Shown piece after piece: positions 58,239 through 64,000 of a DNA stretch of 64,000 bases (positions are counted from its first letter, which is position 1; the number at the start of each line of letters is the position of its first letter). The position numbers and the translations under genes were made by a program. Source of the DNA: Candidatus Hydrogenedentota bacterium (GTDB lineage: Bacteria; Hydrogenedentota; Hydrogenedentia; Hydrogenedentales; JAEUWI01); assembly GCA_034669905.1 (NCBI GenBank), contig JAXMOL010000005.1:32001-96000 (forward strand). Direction: 5' to 3'. The notes beneath the pieces were generated by a model. That model saw only the letters and a program-made list of their open reading frames with translations, was not told the DNA's origin and searched no databases.

Positions 58239-60176
58239 TTACTCCGCCGTCGCCGTCTCTGCCGCATCTTCTGCGCCAGTTACAGTTGGCAGGTTGTCCG
58301 CGAAATCGCGGTAGCCACGGGGCAGCTCGGTGTGAATATCCTTGGAAATCCAACGGAACTTGCCTTCCATGAGGGAATCCGCCACCTTGTTAAAGGTCCC
58401 GTTGTGGTTCTTCTTCACCGCGCGGAAATTGTCTTCAATACGCTTCCGGGCATTGGCGCAGAAGAGGTCGGCCAATTCCTGGGGCGTCTGGTCGCTCTTG
58501 TTCTGGGCCAGGAGATGCTCGGTTTTGGCGAGCACGCAGCCCATAACGAAGAGGTCTACACCGATGTCCACAAAGTTAGCCAGAATAAGCTGTTCGAATT
58601 CCAGTTTCTCTTTGTATTTCCCCATCGTGTGGAAAAGACTGCGGGCGAGGCGCTTGCAGGTCTTGGCCGCATAGGCCAGGTGATCCCGGTTATCCGTATT
58701 GAGATAATGGACGTTGAAGTCCATGCTCGTGGGCATCCAGACTTTGGGATACCATCCCACATAGAATTTGGCGGCCTGAAGGATGTAGGACCACTTCTTC
58801 GCTTTCTGATCCCCTTTGGGATTCAGAATCGGCATGACCAACCGGAAGTGAGTGTCCATGGCTTCGCGGGCCATGATCAGGTGCATAACCTCGGTGGAGC
58901 CTTCGAAAATACGGCCCACACGCATGTCCCGCAAAATACGGTTCACCGGCACCGGTTTCTCGCCCCGTTCATAGAGGGAAGTATCGCTTTCAAAGCCACG
59001 TCCGCCACGCACCTGCAGAAAGTCATCCAGCACACGCCAGCAGGTTTCCGTGCAGAAATACTTGGCCGCAGCCGCTTCCAGGCGGATGTCCGCATTTTTC
59101 CGGTCCGCGAACGAACAGGCGGTATACACCAGGCTTTCCATGGCATAGGTATCGGACGCCATGTTGGCAATCTTTCGGGAAATGGATTGGTGCTTGCCAA
59201 TGGGCACGCCCCACTGGACCCGCTTGTTCACCCATTCTTCGCAATCGAGCAAGAACTTCTTGCAGGAACCTGCCGCCGAAGCCGGAATGCCCAGGCGCCC
59301 GGCGTTGAGGGTTGTCAAGGCAATCTTCAGGCCTTCGCCGGGCTTTCCGATCATGTTCTCGGCGGGCACTTTCACGTTATTGAAGGTCAGCAGGCCATTG
59401 GCGATACCTTTCAACCCCATGAACTGACAGCGATGCTCCACCTTAAACCCGGGCGAATCGGCTTCTACCACAAAGGTCGAGATCTGGGGAATCTCTTTGC
59501 CGTTCTTAATCTTCGGCGGGGTTTTGGCCATCACCACCATCATGGTGGCTGCCGTGCCGTTGGTACACCACAACTTGGTGCCGTTAATAAGGTAGAAGCT
59601 TCCGTCTTCCGAAAGTGTCGCGGTCGTCGACATTTTCGCGGGGTCGGACCCCACATCGGGTTCGGTCAGGGCAAAGGCGGAAACTTCCCCCTTGGCCAGC
59701 CGGGGCAGAAATTTCTCCTTCTGCGCTTCCGTACCAAAAAGCTTGAGGGGTTGGGGCACGCCGATGCTCTGGTGGGCCGACACCCATGTCACGGTGGACT
59801 GGCAGTAACTCCCGATATAGCTGAGTACTCGGCCATAGTTCCACTGGGAGAGGCCGAGACCGCCGTATTTCTTGTCGATTTTCATGCCAAAGACGCCCAC
59901 CTTGGCCAATTCGTCCAAGACGACTTGGGGGTATTCTCCCGTTTCATCGACGGCGATAGGATCGAGGTGTTCTTCCAGCACGGCACCAATCTTTTCGATC
60001 AACTCATCGCCAATGCGCTTATCTTCGGCGTCCTGCTCGGGATAAGGATGGAGCAAGTCCCACCGAAAATTCCCCTTGAACATCTCGGCGGTGAAGCTGG
60101 GAAACTTCCATTCCGTTTCCCGGGCCGCTTCGGCCAACTCCATCGCCTGGTCTTTGGCGTTCGTATCGGTTGCCAT
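58239..60176 (-). CDS. Acyl-CoA dehydrogenase (ACAD9/VLCAD-like, long C-terminus)
   Basis: AHQSIG, FALTEPDVGSD, NGTKLWCTNG, LNAGR and RIFEGSTE. Confidence 0.95.
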   Translation of the reverse strand: MATDTNAKDQAMELAEAARETEWKFPSFTAEMFKGNFRWDLLHPYPEQDAEDKRIGDELIEKIGAVLEEHLDPIAVDETGEYPQVVLDELAKVGVFGMKIDKKYGGLGLSQWNYGRVLSYIGSYCQSTVTWVSAHQSIGVPQPLKLFGTEAQKEKFLPRLAKGEVSAFALTEPDVGSDPAKMSTTATLSEDGSFYLINGTKLWCTNGTAATMMVVMAKTPPKIKNGKEIPQISTFVVEADSPGFKVEHRCQFMGLKGIANGLLTFNNVKVPAENMIGKPGEGLKIALTTLNAGRLGIPASAAGSCKKFLLDCEEWVNKRVQWGVPIGKHQSISRKIANMASDTYAMESLVYTACSFADRKNADIRLEAAAAKYFCTETCWRVLDDFLQVRGGRGFESDTSLYERGEKPVPVNRILRDMRVGRIFEGSTEVMHLIMAREAMDTHFRLVMPILNPKGDQKAKKWSYILQAAKFYVGWYPKVWMPTSMDFNVHYLNTDNRDHLAYAAKTCKRLARSLFHTMGKYKEKLEFEQLILANFVDIGVDLFVMGCVLAKTEHLLAQNKSDQTPQELADLFCANARKRIEDNFRAVKKNHNGTFNKVADSLMEGKFRWISKDIHTELPRGYRDFADNLPTVTGAEDAAETATAE

Positions 60177-60558
60177 CTACTCGCCCTTCCTGGGTTGCCT
60201 ACCTAACGACCGGTAGGTATAAACGCAAACACATGACCATGCACAGGGCTACCGTTACACCCTGTGCGTGGGGGTAAAACTACACTAAAAGAAGAATAGC
60301 ACAAAATACGACGGTGCGCCAGTGCCGGAATTTCTTCTCCGGGTATGGGACCCCCGAGGGCTTCAATCCGTTTCAGCCCCACCAAAATGGGGCCGCTTGT
60401 CGGGCAAAAGGCCCGCACGGTCAGCCCCACGGCCTTCTGCCACGTTGCGCCCTGTCTACCAATACCGATATCATCAGACGAAAATACCCATCTCCATAGC
60501 TCCCTGTGCATCGTGCTATCGGGCGCTACGGGGAGCCCGTTCGAAAGGAATCAGACCC

Positions 60559-61398
60559 ATGCCGGGAGACCAGCCCGCCAATCGCCCCCCTTGTGCCTTC
60601 GTGGTCGGCGACTTCAATGTAGGGAAATCCACCCTGCTCAATGCCCTGCTCCACCGGGAGATCCTCCATACCAGTCGAGAAGAAGGACGGGCCCTCCCGA
60701 CCTTCATCGGCAGAAATGGAGAGTCCTGTGATCGTTTCGCGGCCCTGGCACCCGACGGCCAAACCGTCACCCCCCAAACCCACGACGAGTTTCTCCGCAC
60801 CAAGCAGGAACCCGGTCGCGCGGCGAGCGTCAGGGCCCTGTCGGTAGGCTGTGCGACATCACCCTTTCGCGAGTTACTGCTCGTCGATACCTCGGGCATG
60901 TCGAGTGACACCTGTGAATCGACCGAAATCGCCGGCCTCGACGGTCAGGAGTCGTCCCTGCTGTTGGTGGTAACCGATATTGAATACTGGGCCTCCAAAC
61001 ATACGATGGATTTCCTGGCCTTTCATCAGGAGCAGTTTGGAGAGCGCCTCTACCTCATCGCCAACAAGGCCGATCACCTGAACGCCAGTGAAATTGAGCG
61101 TATTCAGGCGAAGGCGGCGCAACGCATGGAAAACTACGGCATTGACCCGGCACCCCGCTTTTTCGCCCTTTCGGCCCGCCTGGAAATGGCCCGCCGTACG
61201 CCCCGGGATGAATACCGTTGTCGGACCAAAACCCGGGTCCGCGAGTTGTGTGATGGCGGCTTCGACGCCCTCCGCGTGGCCCTCTATGAATTTGAAGCGG
61301 CCCAGAGCCAACGGGAGAATCCCGTGGCGGTGGATGATTGGGTGCGGACGCCCCTCGCCACCTCCTTTATCGCGACCCAGGAAGGAGTTCCCGCATGA
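60559..61398 (+). CDS. Short dynamin-family GTPase (GTPase domain only)
   Basis: GDFNVGKS, LVDTSG, NKAD and LSAR; AAAGGA RBS. Confidence 0.85.
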   Translation: MPGDQPANRPPCAFVVGDFNVGKSTLLNALLHREILHTSREEGRALPTFIGRNGESCDRFAALAPDGQTVTPQTHDEFLRTKQEPGRAASVRALSVGCATSPFRELLLVDTSGMSSDTCESTEIAGLDGQESSLLLVVTDIEYWASKHTMDFLAFHQEQFGERLYLIANKADHLNASEIERIQAKAAQRMENYGIDPAPRFFALSARLEMARRTPRDEYRCRTKTRVRELCDGGFDALRVALYEFEAAQSQRENPVAVDDWVRTPLATSFIATQEGVPA

Positions 61399-63572
61399 AG
61401 TTCCGGGAGATGGAAGAAAGTAAAGCGTGGGCCCTGCAGTCCCTGGACACCCTGGCCGATTTTGTGCGCACCGATGCCGACTTTCGGGGGAACAAAGCCT
61501 TTGAAGAAAAATCCCTGGCCTATCAGAAGCAGTGCGTAGAAGATGGCAAGTATCGGGTGGTCTTTCTCGGCACCTTTAATGTAGGAAAGTCCACGGCCAT
61601 CAATGCCTTCCTTGGTGGTGCCTATCTGCCCATGGACGTGGAAGAGTGCACCTCCAAGCTCACCTTCATACAGCGCGGCGATGCACTGGCCCTGCGTCTG
61701 ACACTCAACGAACCCGCCAGCGAGCACGAGCAGGATGCGCTCCGCTCTGCCCTGAAGGACCTGCCGGCCCAGTTGGAGCGAGACAGTGATGGCCGGGCCA
61801 TTACGATCCACTATGAGGGCAACAACCCGGAATGGATGCAGCGCAGTCTCGAGCCCCTCGTCACGGTCATGGCCGATGAGACCTACCCCCACCTCGCTCC
61901 CCTCCGGGACAAGATCGAGGATCTGAATATCTCCCTGCCTTCCGACGTCCTGGAAGAGGACATTGTCTTCGTTGATACGCCGGGTGTTCACAGTGTTTCC
62001 GAAACGCGACAGGAGATCACCTATGGCATCATCGAACGCAGCCACCTGGTCATCTCTTTCGTGGACAGTGGATTCGCCGGCAACATCCACGACCTGAACT
62101 TTATCAAGCGCATTATCAAATGGCGCGGACGGCGGGTCTTTTTTGTCCTCAACAAGGCCGACAAGCTGGAGTCCCACGAAATAGATATTCGGGGTGGACG
62201 GGGCCCGGCGCGCAGTCTTATCGAGGCCTTCAGCCGCCATGAGATTCCCGAGGACTCCGAGATTTTCTTCTTTTCCGGCTACCGTGCCCTTCGTGCGCAG
62301 CAATTGGAGCAGGGCCATATCACCCTGGATTCGGTGCAGGAGGACAACAAGGTCTCTATCCCCACGAGCATCGCGGAGCGGGTGGATGAATCGGAAGAAC
62401 CCGCCCGGGAACTATCGGCCTATCTGATGGGACAAAGCCGCTTTCCCCACCTGAAGGAACGGCTCCTCGATTACCTGCTGAACGAAAACAAAGCGGGTGC
62501 CGTGTTGGAGACGGTGTTGCGCTTTGTGGGCGAGCGGGCCGACGATTATGTGGCCGGCCTGGAGAATGAGCTCAACCTTGCGAAGGACCCCAGCAAGTTT
62601 GACGAACTGCGCGCCAATCAGGAAACCTTGCTGGCCCGGCTCGATGAAATTAGAGCGAGCAGCGATCAGGTACTCAACCGCTACAAGACCCAATGCAAGG
62701 GCGGCCAGCTGGATGGTCAGGACGTGGTGGGCTACGAAGCCCAGTTCCGCACCCAGATGAGCACGGAAGCCATCAAGACCCAGGTCATTCAGCCCGTGCT
62801 CGACTGGCTGCGCACCGACGGCCACTTGAAGATGGCCCGACGTCAGAAATTCAAGCCCCTCTCCGCCCAGGTGGAGGCCCAGGTGGATGAATTTGTTTCG
62901 TCCATTATGGCGGCGTTGCAGAAGACCATCGACGCGGCGGAACAGGAAGCCCGGGAGTCTATCGTCGAGCAGTTGGGACAGATTCGGGGCCTGCGGGTTC
63001 ACATGACGGAACCCGCCGGACTGGAAACGATCTCGCTGGACACATCAATGACGAAAAGCTACATCACTTTCGGAGGTGGCGGTGCCCTGGTGGGCGCGGC
63101 GACGGGTGCCGCAGTCGGGTCTGCCTTCTTCGGCATTGGCGCCGCCATTGGCGCGGGAGTCGGCGGACTCTTCGGCGCCGTCGGTGGCTTCCTCACCCGC
63201 CTCGCGTGGAGCGAAGAGCGTTGGCTGAAAAAGCTCGAGCCCATCGTCCATGAAAATGTAATGAACATGCTGATTCACGGCAGCAAGGACAAGCAGGGCA
63301 ACCGCGAAGTACCCATCCTTGAATCCGTGGTTGATTATCTCGGCCGCCGGGGCGATGCCTTTTATCAGGCCGTCCAGGAGGAAGTGGACAACGCAATTAA
63401 GGCGGTTCAGGCGGAGTGTGACGACCTGCTGGCCCGGGAAGAACAGATTCGCGCCGAGAGCGAAGCCATTATCGCGCGGCTGGAGCCGAAGGTAACGACC
63501 CTGGTGGAACTACGCACCCGGGCGGCGACCTCGGTCGAAGCGGTCACCGGACAGGAACTGGTTCGCGTATGA
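61395..63572 (+). CDS. Bacterial dynamin-like protein
   Basis: GTFNVGKS, ECT, DTPG and NKAD; helical stalk; Gly-rich hydrophobic paddle; ATGA overlap. Confidence 0.9.
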   Translation: MKFREMEESKAWALQSLDTLADFVRTDADFRGNKAFEEKSLAYQKQCVEDGKYRVVFLGTFNVGKSTAINAFLGGAYLPMDVEECTSKLTFIQRGDALALRLTLNEPASEHEQDALRSALKDLPAQLERDSDGRAITIHYEGNNPEWMQRSLEPLVTVMADETYPHLAPLRDKIEDLNISLPSDVLEEDIVFVDTPGVHSVSETRQEITYGIIERSHLVISFVDSGFAGNIHDLNFIKRIIKWRGRRVFFVLNKADKLESHEIDIRGGRGPARSLIEAFSRHEIPEDSEIFFFSGYRALRAQQLEQGHITLDSVQEDNKVSIPTSIAERVDESEEPARELSAYLMGQSRFPHLKERLLDYLLNENKAGAVLETVLRFVGERADDYVAGLENELNLAKDPSKFDELRANQETLLARLDEIRASSDQVLNRYKTQCKGGQLDGQDVVGYEAQFRTQMSTEAIKTQVIQPVLDWLRTDGHLKMARRQKFKPLSAQVEAQVDEFVSSIMAALQKTIDAAEQEARESIVEQLGQIRGLRVHMTEPAGLETISLDTSMTKSYITFGGGGALVGAATGAAVGSAFFGIGAAIGAGVGGLFGAVGGFLTRLAWSEERWLKKLEPIVHENVMNMLIHGSKDKQGNREVPILESVVDYLGRRGDAFYQAVQEEVDNAIKAVQAECDDLLAREEQIRAESEAIIARLEPKVTTLVELRTRAATSVEAVTGQELVRV

Positions 63573-64000
63573 GTTGGCAGGCCCCCGCCCTCACCCATCT
63601 CCTGGAGCAACGATTACAGACAGCCCGCCTGGAGTTGATGGACGACCCCCGGCTGCTCCGTGCCCAGCAAGGGCAGGGACAGGAAAACGGCGCCTTCCTG
63701 CGTCAGCTGATTGATGAGAAGTTTTCCGCGGCGGCCCGTTCAGGATTGGGTGCTATCGAGGCGTCGCTGCGCACGCACGCCAGCGCGCATCTCGCGGACG
63801 CGGGCCTGGATGCCGGGTCGGTGCGGGCGACGCTGGATGGCCTGGGCGAAGAGATACTTGCGCTCCATAAGGTGCCGGCCCACATTGTGCCGCCCGAAGC
63901 CCAGTCTCCCCTCCGCTATGCGGCCGCCTTTTACATTGCCTGGCTATTCACCATTTTCGCAGGCTGGATGGTAAGCGATAAGTCCTTCCGCCTGGTATTG
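63569..64000 (+). CDS. Hypothetical membrane protein, third gene of the dynamin operon (partial; absent from the ORF track)
   Basis: ATGA overlap; frame open to the window end: MSWQAPALTHLLEQRL...YAAAFYIAWLFTIFAGW. Confidence 0.75.
   Translation, partial: MSWQAPALTHLLEQRLQTARLELMDDPRLLRAQQGQGQENGAFLRQLIDEKFSAAARSGLGAIEASLRTHASAHLADAGLDAGSVRATLDGLGEEILALHKVPAHIVPPEAQSPLRYAAAFYIAWLFTIFAGWMVSDKSFRLVL

Noticed and set aside
58332..60206. 624 aa plus-strand ORF
   Set aside because: Antisense shadow of the acyl-CoA dehydrogenase
1..64000. Prophage, IS, integron, tRNA or rRNA
   Set aside because: No supporting genes or sequence signatures seen by eye

Overview
A GC-rich bacterial chromosomal window of about 50 genes, with no rRNA, tRNA, CRISPR array, integrase or transposase that I can support. 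Long Gly-Glu (GEGEGE) linker proteins suggest Candidatus Hydrogenedentota (inference only). In order it holds: the 5' part of secA; a block of secreted or membrane proteins, three of which look catalytically dead (sulfatase-like, CPBP-like, GH38-like); and two tandem paralogous surface proteins under a cobalamin riboswitch. Next come a YdjC deacetylase, two GH78 rhamnosidases (one fused to an L,D-transpeptidase), a parvulin, gdhA plus malic enzyme, a sigma54 small-protein operon, a Lys-rich C80-like peptidase and PilT. After these are an Fe-S maturation cluster, a PEP-CTERM protein, a TPR/LepB/rhomboid/J-domain cluster, glgC/Crp, a lipid-linked glycosylation cluster, hemH, an acyl-CoA dehydrogenase and the start of a dynamin-like operon. 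The best candidate for an undescribed system is the B12-riboswitch-controlled pair of surface proteins. Each has two copies of an unassigned beta-rich domain, poly-GE stalks, EF-hands and a Gly-Cys/TM C-terminal anchor, and they may scavenge cobamides. All calls come from reading motifs by eye; no database searches were run.
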